This document shows, in pieces, positions 31,133 through 43,091 of a stretch of DNA of 64,000 bases. Position 1 is the stretch's first letter. The number at the start of each line of letters is the position of its first letter. Made by a program: the position numbers and the translations under genes. Below the pieces are notes generated by a model, which ran no database searches, was not told the origin of the DNA, and was given only the letters and a program-made list of their open reading frames with translations. This stretch comes from an uncultured Acidobacteriota bacterium (lineage in GTDB: Bacteria > Acidobacteriota > Thermoanaerobaculia > Gp7-AA8): assembly GCA_963822445.1 (NCBI GenBank), contig CAWGHO010000003.1, forward strand, positions 1,728,001 through 1,792,000, written 5' to 3'.

Positions 31133-34099
31133 ATGAACACATCGATCGAATGCCCCGACGACCGTCTGTCGCGTCTGCTCGATGCGCTGCCCGCCATTGC
31201 ATGGTCGGCATCCGCGCAGACGTTCCGATTCACCTACGTCAACCCTGCGGCGGAGATCCTCCTTGGTTATCCGGCCCAGCGGTGGATCGACGAGCCTACC
31301 TTCTGGACCGATCATCTTCATCCCGAGGACCAGCACGTGGCCATGGTCTGTCACAGCGAAACGCTCGCGTGCAGGAATCACGAGCTCGTCTATCGGATGA
31401 TCGCCGCCGACGGCCGCACGGTGTGGCTTCGCGACTACGTCAACGTCCACACCGTGGACGGCGTCCCGGTGGAGCTATTCGGGGTGATGGTCGACATCAC
31501 CCGCGAGCGCGAGGCCGAGGCGGCGTCGCTGGAGAGCCGGGAGAACTTCCGGCGGATGGTCGAGCTGTCGCCCGACTGCATCGGCGTTCACGTCGATGGA
31601 ACGTACGTGTACGTCAATCAGGCATTCGTCGGCCTCCTCGGCGCCAAGAGCGAAGCGGAGATCGTCGGCCGCAGCAGTCTGTCATTCGTCGATCCCGCCA
31701 ATCGCGACGAAGTAAGCGAGCGCCTCGGAAGGCTGCACGCCGGTGAAGCCGTACCGTACGTCCGCCAGAAGTACTTGCGGATCGACGGCACGCTCATCGA
31801 CGTCGAAGTCGCGGCGCTCCCCCTTCGCTACGGAAACCGCGACGCCGTGCAGGTCATCGCCCGCGACATCACCGACCGCGTCCGTGCCGAGGAGGAACTG
31901 CAGGCCCGCGAGGCGCGCCTGCAACTGCTCGCCGCCGGCACGCACGAGGCCATCTGGGAATGGTCTCCCGAGCGGAACGAGCTCTGGACCAACGACGCCT
32001 ACGTTCGCATGTTCGGCGCCCCGAGCGATCCGGCCACGTTCGGCGAAGAATGGCTGTCCCACGTGCATCCGGATGACCGCGAGAAAGCCTGGTCGGTCGG
32101 CAAGCGGGCCGCCGGCGGGCTGCAGCACACCTGGTGGCATGAGTACCGTCTCCGCCAGGTCGACGGAAGTTATCGCGTGGTTCTCGAGCGCGGACACCAC
32201 ATCCAGTCGCCGTCCGGCGAGTGGCGGGTGATCGGCTCGATGCTGGACGTCACACCCCTGCGCGAGGCCGAGCGTCTGCGGGCGGCGGCCGAGACGAAAT
32301 TCCGCCTGCTGGTCGAGCAATCGCTGGTTGCCGTGTACATGATCTCCGGCGGGCGCTTGACCTACATCAACGACACCGGCGCGGCCATGCTCGGCTACAG
32401 CGCCGAGGAGCTGACGTCGATCGACCTGTCGACGCTGCTCGTGGAAACGAGCGCGGACCCGTCGGACGACCGGGGCAATGGCGTGGCCCTGGTGCGGCGC
32501 AAGGACGGCACGCTGCTGCACGTCGCGTTCTACCAGAACGAGGTCACCATCGACGGCGAGCAGATCGTCATCGGAACGGGCGCCGACATCAGCGAGAGCG
32601 TGCGCGCGCGACAGGCCCTCGAGGCTTCGGAGAAGCGCTACCGCGTGCTCGTCGAGGAAGTCAGCGACATCCTCTACACCCTCGATTCGGAAGGGCGGTT
32701 CGTGTCGCTGAACCCGAGCTTCGAGCGCAGCACCGGCTACCGCGTGGAGGAGTGGCTGGGCCGCCCCTTCGCCGAGCTCTTCCTTCCGCACTCCGTGCCC
32801 AACGCCATGGATCACTTCCGAAAAGCGCTTCGGGGCGAAGGGGAAATCATTCGGGAGTACGACATCGCCGCGGCCACGGGTGCGGTGGTGACTGTCGAAG
32901 TCTCGTGGCAGCCGCGCTACGTCGACGGCGTCGTCGCCGGAACGATCGGCATGGCCCGAGACGTGACCGAGCATCGAACCATTGCCCGGAAGCTCGAAGA
33001 GGCGAAGCGGATGAGCAGCCTCGGACAGGTTGCGGCGTCGCTGGCGCACGAGTTCAACAACGTGCTCATGGGCATCCAGCCGTTCGTGGAGAACATCGCC
33101 CGAACGACCGCCGCCACTCCCGCGCTCGGCGATTCGCTCGGCCACATCACCCAGGCCATCGCCCGCGGCAAACGCGCGTCGCAGGAGATCCTCCGTTTCG
33201 CCAATCCGAAAGAGCCCCAGCTCTCCGCGATCGACACCACGGCCTGGCTGCCGCCACTCCTCGGGCAACTGGTGGCCAGCCTGCCGTCATCGATCTCCCT
33301 GAGCAGCTCCCTCGAGCCGGGCGTCCGCTTCGTTCGCGGCGACCGCGAGCATCTCGAACAAGTGATCACCAACCTGGTCTTCAACGCGCGCGACGCAATC
33401 AGCGGCAGCGGCACGATCCACGTCGGCGTCTCCCTCGAAGGCACGAGCCTGGTCCGTATCTCCGTGTGCGACGACGGTCCAGGGATTGCTCCGCAGCTGC
33501 TCGACCGGATCTTCGAGCCGCTATTCACGACCAAGCGCAATGGCACGGGACTCGGTCTGGCCATCGCCCGCCGTCTCGTGGACGGTCAGGGAGGCACGCT
33601 CACGGTCGAGAATCGTGCCGAAGGCGGATCAGCGTTTCACCTGCTCCTGCCGGCCGCGGAGGCGCCGTCGCCGGCGGAGCACCGGCGGGACTGCACGACC
33701 CCCGGAATCAACCGCATCCTGCTCGTCGAAGACGACCTCTTGGTGGGTACCGGGCTGCAAGAGCTCCTGAAACTGGAGGGATACGAGACGACGTGGGTGC
33801 GCACCGCGGCGGACGCGTGTGAAGCCGCGCGCCAGAGCCGGCCGCAGGTGGCGATCATCGACATCAATCTCCCGGACGGCAACGGAGTCGATCTCGTTCC
33901 CCTTCTGCGCGCCGAGCACGAGGACCTGCCTGTGGTTCTCTCGACCGGCCACGTCGAGCTGGACTTCTCCAACGAGAAGAACCGGATCCTCTCGCTGCTG
34001 AAGCCTTACGAGCTAGGCGAACTGCTCGCTGCGATCGGAAAGGTGACCGCGCCGGACATGAGGGACAAAGGCCTACTGGCTCTGAATCAGGCGGCTTGA
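31133..34099 (+). CDS. hybrid sensor histidine kinase (about 5 PAS - HisKA - HATPase - REC)
   Basis: Repeated PAS motifs (LHPED, VDPAN, VHPDD), LAHEFNN, NLVFNARDA, DDGPGI, GTGLGL, C-terminal ILLVEDD..IIDINLPDG..KPY. Confidence 0.92.
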   Translation: MNTSIECPDDRLSRLLDALPAIAWSASAQTFRFTYVNPAAEILLGYPAQRWIDEPTFWTDHLHPEDQHVAMVCHSETLACRNHELVYRMIAADGRTVWLRDYVNVHTVDGVPVELFGVMVDITREREAEAASLESRENFRRMVELSPDCIGVHVDGTYVYVNQAFVGLLGAKSEAEIVGRSSLSFVDPANRDEVSERLGRLHAGEAVPYVRQKYLRIDGTLIDVEVAALPLRYGNRDAVQVIARDITDRVRAEEELQAREARLQLLAAGTHEAIWEWSPERNELWTNDAYVRMFGAPSDPATFGEEWLSHVHPDDREKAWSVGKRAAGGLQHTWWHEYRLRQVDGSYRVVLERGHHIQSPSGEWRVIGSMLDVTPLREAERLRAAAETKFRLLVEQSLVAVYMISGGRLTYINDTGAAMLGYSAEELTSIDLSTLLVETSADPSDDRGNGVALVRRKDGTLLHVAFYQNEVTIDGEQIVIGTGADISESVRARQALEASEKRYRVLVEEVSDILYTLDSEGRFVSLNPSFERSTGYRVEEWLGRPFAELFLPHSVPNAMDHFRKALRGEGEIIREYDIAAATGAVVTVEVSWQPRYVDGVVAGTIGMARDVTEHRTIARKLEEAKRMSSLGQVAASLAHEFNNVLMGIQPFVENIARTTAATPALGDSLGHITQAIARGKRASQEILRFANPKEPQLSAIDTTAWLPPLLGQLVASLPSSISLSSSLEPGVRFVRGDREHLEQVITNLVFNARDAISGSGTIHVGVSLEGTSLVRISVCDDGPGIAPQLLDRIFEPLFTTKRNGTGLGLAIARRLVDGQGGTLTVENRAEGGSAFHLLLPAAEAPSPAEHRRDCTTPGINRILLVEDDLLVGTGLQELLKLEGYETTWVRTAADACEAARQSRPQVAIIDINLPDGNGVDLVPLLRAEHEDLPVVLSTGHVELDFSNEKNRILSLLKPYELGELLAAIGKVTAPDMRDKGLLALNQAA

Positions 34100-34127
34100 A
34101 TGGGCGGGCGGATGGGTGAGGATGCTT

Positions 34128-37100
34128 TCACTTAGCCAATCTCTTGCTGTACGTCATGAGGTACTCGGGATCGAGACTCAGGATCTGCGTGCCGACCAGC
34201 GCCATGCGTCCGTCCGCGCGCAGGCGGACGTCGCGGATGTGCTCCTGGCGCAACTCGGCTTTGGTGAAGACAGTCGGCTGTTCCCACGCGCCGGAGATGC
34301 CGCGGTGCCAGACGATGAGGTGGCGGTCGACGGTGGCCAGGACCCAGCCCTGTTCGGGAAACGGGAAGAGCTCCTCGATGTCGCCGCGCGCCTCGACTTC
34401 CGCGGGCTGTGGCAACGGCCGCTGTTTCATCGCTGATCGCAGCTGAGCGCCGAGTTGTGCGGGAGTCGCTCCGGCCGCCGGCTGCGTCAGCCACACCCGG
34501 CCGGCATCGTGTCCGATCGCGACCCATCGGCCGGACTGATCCCAGGCCAGCGTCTTCGCGTTCGCGGCCACTTTCGCGAAGCGGCCTGACGGCTGCCACA
34601 TCCGCAGCGTGTGATCGTCGCCGTACTCGTGAATGAGCGGGGGCCGGGCCGTGCCGAGGAGCACGTCGCGAACGTTGCCGGCGGCGAGCGCTTTGGGAGT
34701 GGCGGCGGTGAGGTCGACGAAATAGTGGTCGTGCTCGCCGCGGATCACGAGCCACCGGCCATCCGCGCTCCACTCTCTCACCGACTCGACGCGGACGGTC
34801 GCACCGAGCGGCATGAGCCGCGGTTGCCGGGTGTCGACGAGAAAGGCCTGTTTCGCGCGCTCGACCACGAGCCAGCGCAGGTCGTCGCTGGCCCCATGCA
34901 GCTTCACGCCCGGTCCGCCGATGTTGCGCAGCGGCTGCTGTTGGCGGAGGTCGGTCATCCACACCTGGTCGCCATCGCTGAGGAGCAGGCCCGAGTCCGC
35001 GAGACGCGCGGCGATGTACGTCCCGTCGGATTTCGGTCCGGCGAAGCGGCGCTCGGCCACCGGCACGCGCGGCAAGCGATCGCCACGCATGGTCCAGAGC
35101 CGGACCACGATCGGCAGCCGCGCCTTCGGCTCGACGTGAACCGTGGCCGCCTGCGACGCGTCTTCGTTCCACGCCACGGTGGCCTTCGCGAAGGCGGGGT
35201 GATTGCGCGGCGACCAGAGTGGCTCGGGAAGCGCCAGCGGCCAGAATCGCGTGCCCTCGTCTTCGTCGACCGCCAGCCACTTCCAGTCCGACGTGACGCG
35301 CACGTCGTCATTCGTGGGAAACGCGCCGGGCGCGCTCAGATCCCAGACGCGGGTGAACCCGGTCGAGTCGGTCGACAGCAGCCGCGCCGGAAGCCGCGTG
35401 TTCCAGTCCATCGTCCAGCGGAGGGCGGTCACCGGCGCACCGTGTCCATTGAACGGCGCGCTGCGCCAGCGCTCGTTGTCGCTGTCGACGAATTGCACCT
35501 TGCCGTCGCGTTTCCCCGCGACCACGATGTCGTCCGTCATGAACGTCACGAACGAGGCACCGGTCTCGATGAGCTTGAATTTCTCGTTCACCTTGCCCTC
35601 GTCCACGCGGCGGTAAAGTACGGTCCCGTCGAAACCGAGGGAGAGAACGTCGGTTGCGAAGAACATCGCCGACGCGGTGCCCAGATTGCCCGCGTTCTTC
35701 ACCCGATAACCACCGGTCACGCCACCCCCGTCGCCCGACAGCTGCGCCATCGTTTCCGTGGCCTTGAGCTCGTAGCGATGCTGGACCGGCTGCCACGCCT
35801 CCCCTTTCAGATCGTGCACGGCCGCGATTCCGAACTCCTGCTTCCCCTCCTCGGCCACGGTCGCCAGCAGCGCTTCTCCCTCGCTATCCCACGCGAGGCT
35901 GGTGCGCACGCTGGTGTTGCCGAGGCTTACGACCTCGAGGTCTTTTTCGAACGGCGGGAAGACATTCGGCAGCGCGTGCTGCTGCACCGAGCTTCCGTCG
36001 ATGTCCCACCACTCCGCCCCTCCGCCATGGCCCAGGACCGCCAGGCGCATGCGCTCTTCGCGGGCGAGAACGGCCATGTTCGCCACATAGATCTCTGTCT
36101 CGATCACCGGCAGCGCGGTTGCCTCGGACTCACCAATCGCGAACCGGTGAATCTTGCCGGCCGAATAAAAGAGCAGCTTCCGCCCGTCGTCCGTGAACGC
36201 CCGTGGCTCGCAGCCGTTGTCGCAAACAGGCATCAGTTTGCCGGGCGGATCGAGGCGTTGCAGGAAGGTCTTGTCCCAACCGACCTCCCACAGGAGCCAG
36301 CGCCCGTCGGGACTCGGCAGCGATCGAATGCTGCCCCACGACGAGACATCGAAGCGGCCCGCGATCACGGGCTGTGCATCGATCCCGTTCTTGCCGATGC
36401 GCCAGAACCACAGCGCGCCGTGCTTGATCTCGTTCGGCTTGCCGCTCTTCACGATGCCGCGCATGGCCACCAGGCGATCGCCGGCGAATGCGAGATGCGA
36501 CGGCGCGCGCGCCCACCGCTCGCCGCGCTGCAGCACGCCGGACGGTGGAGACAGCGTTCGCGGCGACGACGTTCCCGCCGCGCCAAACACGATCGCGCCG
36601 TCCGTCTCGCTCGCCGCGGCCCACTGAAGCATGCCGTCGACGACGACCGGCGCGCGATCCTTCCGCCATGGCAGCGCGGGCCTGCTGCCGGCGAAGGCGA
36701 GGGAGATGCGCTGCAGCGCGCCGATCGCGCGCGGCGTGATCGGGTCGCCGCGGCTGTGGAACGTGTTCACGGCCGCGACGGCCAGCTCGAGCGCGTCGTC
36801 GGGCGCGCCGTCGACTTTCTCCAGCGCCTGCACGGCCAATCGCCCGGACGTTTCGCTGCGTGCGGCGATCGCTTCCCGCACCGCCGCCGCGCGCTCGCGC
36901 TCCGCCCGCTCGAACTCGCGCACCGCCTCCTTCCGCTTCTCCTCCGCGAACTTCCGCTGCACTTCTTCCTCGAGCCGCGCCTTGCTCTCGGCCTCTTTCG
37001 CCTTGCGCTCGTTGAAGAACGCCGTTTCGGCTTTGCCGCGCTGCACCTCCGATTGCCGCCAGAACAGCAGGCTCACGACGAGAGCGATTGCCAGCGAGGT

Positions 37101-37679
37101 GATGATCCCGGTGACGATGCCGACCAGAATGCGGCGGTTGCGTTGCTGCCGTCGTTTCTCGCGCCGCTCCACGTCCGCGCGGCTGATGCCGTAGAGATTC
37201 GCCAGCAGCGCGAACCATGAGTCCGCGAATGCACCCTTGTCGACGCGATCCTTCTTCGGATCGAAGCCGCGATACGAGATCGCCAGCGGCATGCCCAGCA
37301 CTTCGCAGAGCGCCTCCGGAAACGCGCAGTCGCTCGATTGCTCCGGCGTAGCTTCATTGTTCGGAATGCCGTCGAGCAGGATGGGGATGATGTTCTCCGC
37401 GCCATGTTTCTGGGCGAAGCGGCGCACCTCGTCGCCGACATACGTACTGGCGCGCGCCTGCGGCGAGCAGACCAGGATCAGCTTCGAGGAATCGCCGAGG
37501 TGATGCTCGACCGATTGAAAGTACTCGACGCCGGTGAAGTCCGTCTCGTCGCGGAAGACGTTGAGATAACGCTGCGGGACCGCAAGGTCGCGCGGCGGCT
37601 TGAACTCCTCGAGCGCCTTCTCCAGCCGTCGTGCAAAGTCCGCGTTCCGCCTCGAATAGGAGATGAACGCGTCGTGCAC
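34128..37679 (-). CDS. TIR - TM - coiled coil - divergent WD40/beta-propeller protein
   Basis: DAFISYSR, VFRD, LILVCSP..S.YVGDEV, IIPILLDG; TM ILVGIVTGIITSLAIALVVSLLFW; Glu/Arg helix; GHGAPVTAL..TRVWDL, SPDGRWL, WSADGRWL. Confidence 0.88.
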   Translation of the reverse strand: MHDAFISYSRRNADFARRLEKALEEFKPPRDLAVPQRYLNVFRDETDFTGVEYFQSVEHHLGDSSKLILVCSPQARASTYVGDEVRRFAQKHGAENIIPILLDGIPNNEATPEQSSDCAFPEALCEVLGMPLAISYRGFDPKKDRVDKGAFADSWFALLANLYGISRADVERREKRRQQRNRRILVGIVTGIITSLAIALVVSLLFWRQSEVQRGKAETAFFNERKAKEAESKARLEEEVQRKFAEEKRKEAVREFERAERERAAAVREAIAARSETSGRLAVQALEKVDGAPDDALELAVAAVNTFHSRGDPITPRAIGALQRISLAFAGSRPALPWRKDRAPVVVDGMLQWAAASETDGAIVFGAAGTSSPRTLSPPSGVLQRGERWARAPSHLAFAGDRLVAMRGIVKSGKPNEIKHGALWFWRIGKNGIDAQPVIAGRFDVSSWGSIRSLPSPDGRWLLWEVGWDKTFLQRLDPPGKLMPVCDNGCEPRAFTDDGRKLLFYSAGKIHRFAIGESEATALPVIETEIYVANMAVLAREERMRLAVLGHGGGAEWWDIDGSSVQQHALPNVFPPFEKDLEVVSLGNTSVRTSLAWDSEGEALLATVAEEGKQEFGIAAVHDLKGEAWQPVQHRYELKATETMAQLSGDGGGVTGGYRVKNAGNLGTASAMFFATDVLSLGFDGTVLYRRVDEGKVNEKFKLIETGASFVTFMTDDIVVAGKRDGKVQFVDSDNERWRSAPFNGHGAPVTALRWTMDWNTRLPARLLSTDSTGFTRVWDLSAPGAFPTNDDVRVTSDWKWLAVDEDEGTRFWPLALPEPLWSPRNHPAFAKATVAWNEDASQAATVHVEPKARLPIVVRLWTMRGDRLPRVPVAERRFAGPKSDGTYIAARLADSGLLLSDGDQVWMTDLRQQQPLRNIGGPGVKLHGASDDLRWLVVERAKQAFLVDTRQPRLMPLGATVRVESVREWSADGRWLVIRGEHDHYFVDLTAATPKALAAGNVRDVLLGTARPPLIHEYGDDHTLRMWQPSGRFAKVAANAKTLAWDQSGRWVAIGHDAGRVWLTQPAAGATPAQLGAQLRSAMKQRPLPQPAEVEARGDIEELFPFPEQGWVLATVDRHLIVWHRGISGAWEQPTVFTKAELRQEHIRDVRLRADGRMALVGTQILSLDPEYLMTYSKRLAK

Positions 37680-37680
37680 A

Positions 37681-40600
37681 TCATTCCTTGACCGCGATGT
37701 TGTACTTCTGAATCTTCGACTTCAGCGTGTTCCGCGCGAGTCCCAGCCGTCGCGCGGCTTCGCGGATGCGGCCGCCCGAGCTTTCCAGTGCGCGCAGGAT
37801 CAGCTGTTTGTCGACCGTCGACATCACCTCGTCGTAGACCTCGCTCGTGATGTCCATCTTGCCGACCATCGGATTCAGGAACGCGCCTGGCGCACCGCCC
37901 GGTGCCGCGGCGGCGACGAGCGCCGGCGCGCTGTCGGAGTAGAGGCTGTAGAACTCGTTCTTCGTCACCAGCTCGTCGTTCGACATGACGATGGCGCGAT
38001 GCAGCGTCGCTTCGAGCTCGCGCACGTTGCCCGGCCAGTCGTAGCGCATGAACAGGTCGAGCACTCCCGGCTCGAGGCGCTTGGTGTCGATGCCCAGGTC
38101 CTTGCAGATCTTGCGGATGAAATGCTCGGCCAGGACGGGGATGTCGTCCTTCCGCTCGCGCAGCGGCGGCAGCATGATCGGGATGATGTTCAGGCGATAG
38201 AACAGATCCTCGCGGAACGTCCCGTCCTCGATCGCTTTCTCCAGCTCGAGGTTCGTGGCCGTGATGATCTTCACGTCGACCTTGATCGTCTGCGTGCCGC
38301 CGACCCGCTCGAACTCCTTGTCCTCGACCACGCGCAGCAGTTTCGACTGCATGGCCAGCGACATCTTTCCGATCTCGTCGAGGAAGATCGAGCCGTTGTT
38401 CGCGAGCTCGAACCGTCCCAGCTTCCGGCGATCCGCGCCGGTGAACGCGCCCTTCTCGTGGCCGAACAACTCCGACTCCGCCAGCGTCTCCGGCAGCGCC
38501 GCGCAGTTGAACTTGATGAACGGTCCCTGACGCCGCGGCCCGATGTTGTGGATGATCCGGGCGATCAGCCCCTTGCCCGTGCCCGATTCACCGCGCAGCA
38601 GCACCGTCGAATGTCCGGCCGACGCCTTCCTGATCGCGAACTGAATCTTCGCCACAGCCTCGGACTGCCCGATCACCGAATCCAGATGCTTCTCGACCAG
38701 CACCTCGCGGCGGAGACCCTCGTTTTCGAGCGACAGCCGCGTCCGCGCTTCTTCCAGCTCCTCGTAAAGCCGCGCGTTCTCGATCGCGATCGCGGCCTGA
38801 TCGGCGAAGGCCTCCAGGAAGCTGAGGTCCTTCTGCGAGAAGAGATGGCGGGCCTGGCGGTGGTCGATGTAGATCGCGCCGGCGATCCGCTCTTTCATGA
38901 TCAGCGGCACGCAGAGGATCGACAGGATGTTGTCCGCGATCACCGATTCAGACTCGACGAAGCGCTGGTCGGCCCGCGCGTCCGCGGAGATCACCGACTG
39001 CCCGCTCTGAATCACTTCCTTGACGATCGACTGCGGCGAGCGGCGCTGATCGCCTTCCGCGCGCTCGGAGATGTTCCGCGCGACGCGCGTGCGCAACGCG
39101 CCGGTGATCGGATCGAGGAGGATGAGCATGCCCCTTTCCGCGCGGAGACGGCGGATGCAGACATCGAGAACGCGATTGAGCACTTCCTCGAGGTTCAGCG
39201 TGGAGTTGATGATCTTCACGATCTCGTACAGACCGACCACGCCCTGATCGGGCGCCTTGCCGGCCGGGCGGATGCGGAACAGCGCGCCGCGCGAGCGCTC
39301 GAGATCGAGTGAGGCATCCAGGCGCTCGAAGATCTTGATCGCGCCGCGGATGGTCTGCGTCGCTTCTTCCGGCTCGTCGCGAAGTACGCCGATGTCGAAC
39401 AGCAGCCGCGCGAGCTCGTACGGCGCATCGACTTCCTCGAACGTCGTCCGCGCGGAGTCGAACTTTGACTGCGCTGCATCGCGATCGCCGCGGGCGTTGT
39501 GGATCTTGGCCCAGGCCCATTCGTTCTTGGCCAGCGAGAAACGATCGCCGAGCTGTCGCGCGAACTGTTCCGCGGTCTCGGCGTGCTTCGTCGCGCCGTC
39601 CACGTCGCCTTTCTGCAGAACCATGCACGCCGCAGCGGTGTGCGCGCGCGCCAGGCCGTGCAGCGTGCGATTGGCTTCGAAGATCTGCATCGAGCGGTTG
39701 AGGTATTTCTCCGACTCCTCGAGATTGCCCCGCTCATCCTCGATCGAAGCCAGCACATACGCGGCCTCGGCAATCAGGTCTTCATCGCGAGCCCGCTCCC
39801 CTGCCGCCATCGCCTTCTGCGCGTACTCGAGGGCTTTGGCGATGTCCCCGCGCTTCTTGGTAAGGCGGGCCAAAGGCACATACACAGTGAGGCGCGACGC
39901 GCGGGTCTCATCGAAGCCTTCGAGCGCGAGACACTTCTTGTATTGCTCGAGCGCCTCGTTCCAGCGTCCGGTCATCTCCAGCGCATCGGCGAGATTCTCG
40001 CGAGCCAGCGCCTCATGCTCGACGGCGCCGATCTTCTCGTCGATGCGCACGCTCTTCTCGAAGTACTCCGCCGCCGCGTGGAAATTGCCGCGGCCGTACT
40101 CGACGACGCCGACGTTGTTGTACGACGTCACCAGGTCCCACAGGTCGCCTTCGTTCTCGGAGACGTCGAGGTTCTTGCGGAAGTGCTGCAGGGCCTCGTC
40201 CCACGCGCCGAGCTTCCAGAGCGTGTTGCCGAGGTTCATCGACGCGACTTTGCAGAGCTGCTCGGAGCCGAGCTTCTCGCCGATGGCCAGCGCTTCTTCG
40301 AGGATGTCCCGCGAGCGCTGCCAGTTGCCGCCGGCGAACTCGATGAGGCCGAGGATGTTCTTGACGTAGCCGTAGACGACGGTCGGCTCCATCTGCTCGA
40401 GCATGACCTTGGCCCGCTCGGCGGTGTCGCGCGCGGCGTCGAGGTCATCGCGCAGCCGGTACAGCCAGGCCAGGCGATTGAGCATCTCCGCGACGTCGAC
40501 GGTCTGGCCGAGGCTGTCGTAGATCGAGAGCGCGGAGTTGTAGTACGTCATCGCCGCTTCCTGATCGCCGCGGCGGGCCAGCACTTTGCCGATCTTCTTC

Positions 40601-42990
40601 ATCACCCGGGCGATCTCGGCGTTCGGCGCGTCATCGGGATGGCGGCTCTGGATGCTCTTGAGCAGGAACTGGTACGCGTGCATCGCGCTGCGATAGTCGT
40701 CGCGGCGGTAGTAGGCGTCGGCGAGCTTCTCGCGCACTTCCGCTTTGCGCGCTTCTTCGATGCCGCCGAGGTCCATCAGCTCGAGGGCGATGCGGTAGAA
40801 CTCCGTCGCTTCCTCGTGAGCGAGCGTGCGCGTCGCGAGATCGCCTGCTTCGATGGAGTAGCGCGTGCCCCGCTCGATGTCGTTGGCGCGCGAGAAGTGA
40901 TACGCGACCTGACCGAGCATCTGCGTCGAGCCGCTGACCACCGCGGGCTCGAGCGCTTCGCCCGCCCGGAGATGCAGTTCCATCCGCCGGCGCTCGGGCA
41001 TGGCGTTGTAGACCGCGTCGCGGAGATGAATCTGCGGGAAGGTGATGATCCTGCCGTCGTTGGATTCGTCGACGAGACCGTGGCGCGCGAGCTCGCTCAC
41101 GGTTTCGTAGAGCGATTCCGCGTTCAATTCGGAGACGCGCGCGAGCAACTCGATGTCCATAGACTCGCCGAACACCGACGCCATCTCCAGCAACGATCGA
41201 TGCCCGTTGCCGAGCGTCTCAACCTTCTCCATGAGGATCTGCGACGGTCCGCCGGGGATGCGCAGCGAACGGATGCGGTCCATGTCCGCGACCCAGCCCG
41301 TCGGCAACCAGGTCAGGTATTCGTGGGCGACGAGGTAATCGACGATGCGGCGGATGTTCAGCGGCGAGCCGGCCGACTCCCACAGCATCCAGCGAACGAT
41401 CTCGTCGTCGACGTTCGTGTCGCCGAGCAGCGACTGCACGTGCTCGCGCACCAGCGACTCGGTCAGCGTTTCGACGCGGATGATCGGGAAATTGCTTTCC
41501 CTGGCGCGCTGCTCCCAGAACGAGAGATTCGGCGCGGACGATTCGATGGCCGCCTCGCCGCCGGAATCGAGCGTGAGCGTGCCGATGACCAGCAACCGGT
41601 TCTGCTTCGCTTCGCCGACCAGGAACGCGAAGAGCTCCGCGGTCGAAGGATCGGCCCACTGCACGTCCTCGATGATCAGGATCAGCGGCGAGCCGCCGGT
41701 CTCGCTGCCGACGCTCAGGAATCCATACATGTCCTGCATCGACTGGACGATGCGGTTGAAGAGTCTGTACTTCTGCCCGTGCTGCGGCGGACTGGTGTCC
41801 GGTCCCGCGGAAGCAACGACCGGCCGCAGGATCCGCCGGATCTCCTCCGCCACATCAGCCTCGGGATTCACGGCGTTCACGAGTTGCTCGAAGATCTCGA
41901 AGAACGGCGCGTAGATCGTCTTGCGGTTCACCGGACAACGGCCGCAGAACACGCGCGCGCCGTCGAGTTGCGCGCGCAGCGTCACGTCGCGCACGATGCG
42001 GCTCTTTCCCATGCCTTCCGCGCCGGCGAGGATCACGCCGTTGCCGCGTCCTTCGCGAGCCTCGGCGATGAGCGCCATCAACGCACTGACTTCCGTCTTG
42101 CGGCCGATCAGCGGCGCGGCGAACAGCTCACCGCGGCCGACCAGCAGTTCCGACGGCGGCGTTTTCTTTCCCACCGCTTCGGCCACCGCCTGCAGGAGCG
42201 CAGCGGCTGACGGGAAGCGATGACGCGGATCTTTTTCGAGAAGCCTGGTGATGATCTGCTCGAGCGCTTCCGGCACGCGCGGATTGATCGACGAGACCGG
42301 CCGCACGCCTTCGTCGAGGCGCATGCGGATCACTTCGATCGGCGGTTTGCCGTAGCCCGGCAACGCGCCGGTGACCGTTTCGTACAGCGTCATCCCGAGC
42401 GCGTACAGATCGGCGCGCGAGTCGACGCGATCCTGTTTCAGGACCTCCGGCGCCATGTACTGCAGCGTGCCGCGGATCTGCCGGTCGAAGACCTGGCGGG
42501 CCTCGATGGCCAGGCCGAAATCCATGATCTTGGCCTTGCCGTCGTCGCTGACGAGGATGTTCGACGGCTTGAGGTCGAGATGGATGATGCCGAGGTGATG
42601 GACGTGATGCAGGCCGGAGGCGATCTGCAGAAGGACGTCGTACAGCGCGTCCCAGTTCTGCCCGTCGAACCAGTCGGTGATCCGCTTCCCCGGGAAGAAC
42701 TCCATCGTGAAGTAGGGGAAGCCTTCCTGCAGCACGCCGAAGTCGAAGACTTTGATGACGCTCGCATGTTCGAGCGACGCCAGCGTGCTGAACTCCGCCT
42801 TGAATCGGAGCAGCTGCTGCGGATCGGACAGCTCGTGACGGAGGATCTTGATCGCTTCGTCGCGGCGGTCGGCAACGTCGAACACGCGGTAAACCGCGGT
42901 CTCCGGCGTCTGCTTCAGCGTCGCACGCACCTGGTACCGCGGCGGAAGTGAAACCTCGGGGGTCACGCCTTCATCAGTGGTTGTGGTCAT
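37681..42990 (-). CDS. Ser/Thr kinase - AAA/STAND ATPase - TPR - GAF - sigma54 activator AAA+ - Fis HTH fusion
   Basis: [20 protein letters not shown]; [17 protein letters not shown]; TPRs; GAF ([16 protein letters not shown]); [42 protein letters not shown]. Confidence 0.93.
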   Translation of the reverse strand: MTTTTDEGVTPEVSLPPRYQVRATLKQTPETAVYRVFDVADRRDEAIKILRHELSDPQQLLRFKAEFSTLASLEHASVIKVFDFGVLQEGFPYFTMEFFPGKRITDWFDGQNWDALYDVLLQIASGLHHVHHLGIIHLDLKPSNILVSDDGKAKIMDFGLAIEARQVFDRQIRGTLQYMAPEVLKQDRVDSRADLYALGMTLYETVTGALPGYGKPPIEVIRMRLDEGVRPVSSINPRVPEALEQIITRLLEKDPRHRFPSAAALLQAVAEAVGKKTPPSELLVGRGELFAAPLIGRKTEVSALMALIAEAREGRGNGVILAGAEGMGKSRIVRDVTLRAQLDGARVFCGRCPVNRKTIYAPFFEIFEQLVNAVNPEADVAEEIRRILRPVVASAGPDTSPPQHGQKYRLFNRIVQSMQDMYGFLSVGSETGGSPLILIIEDVQWADPSTAELFAFLVGEAKQNRLLVIGTLTLDSGGEAAIESSAPNLSFWEQRARESNFPIIRVETLTESLVREHVQSLLGDTNVDDEIVRWMLWESAGSPLNIRRIVDYLVAHEYLTWLPTGWVADMDRIRSLRIPGGPSQILMEKVETLGNGHRSLLEMASVFGESMDIELLARVSELNAESLYETVSELARHGLVDESNDGRIITFPQIHLRDAVYNAMPERRRMELHLRAGEALEPAVVSGSTQMLGQVAYHFSRANDIERGTRYSIEAGDLATRTLAHEEATEFYRIALELMDLGGIEEARKAEVREKLADAYYRRDDYRSAMHAYQFLLKSIQSRHPDDAPNAEIARVMKKIGKVLARRGDQEAAMTYYNSALSIYDSLGQTVDVAEMLNRLAWLYRLRDDLDAARDTAERAKVMLEQMEPTVVYGYVKNILGLIEFAGGNWQRSRDILEEALAIGEKLGSEQLCKVASMNLGNTLWKLGAWDEALQHFRKNLDVSENEGDLWDLVTSYNNVGVVEYGRGNFHAAAEYFEKSVRIDEKIGAVEHEALARENLADALEMTGRWNEALEQYKKCLALEGFDETRASRLTVYVPLARLTKKRGDIAKALEYAQKAMAAGERARDEDLIAEAAYVLASIEDERGNLEESEKYLNRSMQIFEANRTLHGLARAHTAAACMVLQKGDVDGATKHAETAEQFARQLGDRFSLAKNEWAWAKIHNARGDRDAAQSKFDSARTTFEEVDAPYELARLLFDIGVLRDEPEEATQTIRGAIKIFERLDASLDLERSRGALFRIRPAGKAPDQGVVGLYEIVKIINSTLNLEEVLNRVLDVCIRRLRAERGMLILLDPITGALRTRVARNISERAEGDQRRSPQSIVKEVIQSGQSVISADARADQRFVESESVIADNILSILCVPLIMKERIAGAIYIDHRQARHLFSQKDLSFLEAFADQAAIAIENARLYEELEEARTRLSLENEGLRREVLVEKHLDSVIGQSEAVAKIQFAIRKASAGHSTVLLRGESGTGKGLIARIIHNIGPRRQGPFIKFNCAALPETLAESELFGHEKGAFTGADRRKLGRFELANNGSIFLDEIGKMSLAMQSKLLRVVEDKEFERVGGTQTIKVDVKIITATNLELEKAIEDGTFREDLFYRLNIIPIMLPPLRERKDDIPVLAEHFIRKICKDLGIDTKRLEPGVLDLFMRYDWPGNVRELEATLHRAIVMSNDELVTKNEFYSLYSDSAPALVAAAAPGGAPGAFLNPMVGKMDITSEVYDEVMSTVDKQLILRALESSGGRIREAARRLGLARNTLKSKIQKYNIAVKE

Positions 42991-43091
42991 GACGTTTTTG
43001 GTTGAGGGTGAGAATATAACCCTACCCCACGCCGATGGGGGTCAACAATTTGACCAGCGGTGTCCATGTAGAATGCGCGACCGGCCGGCAG

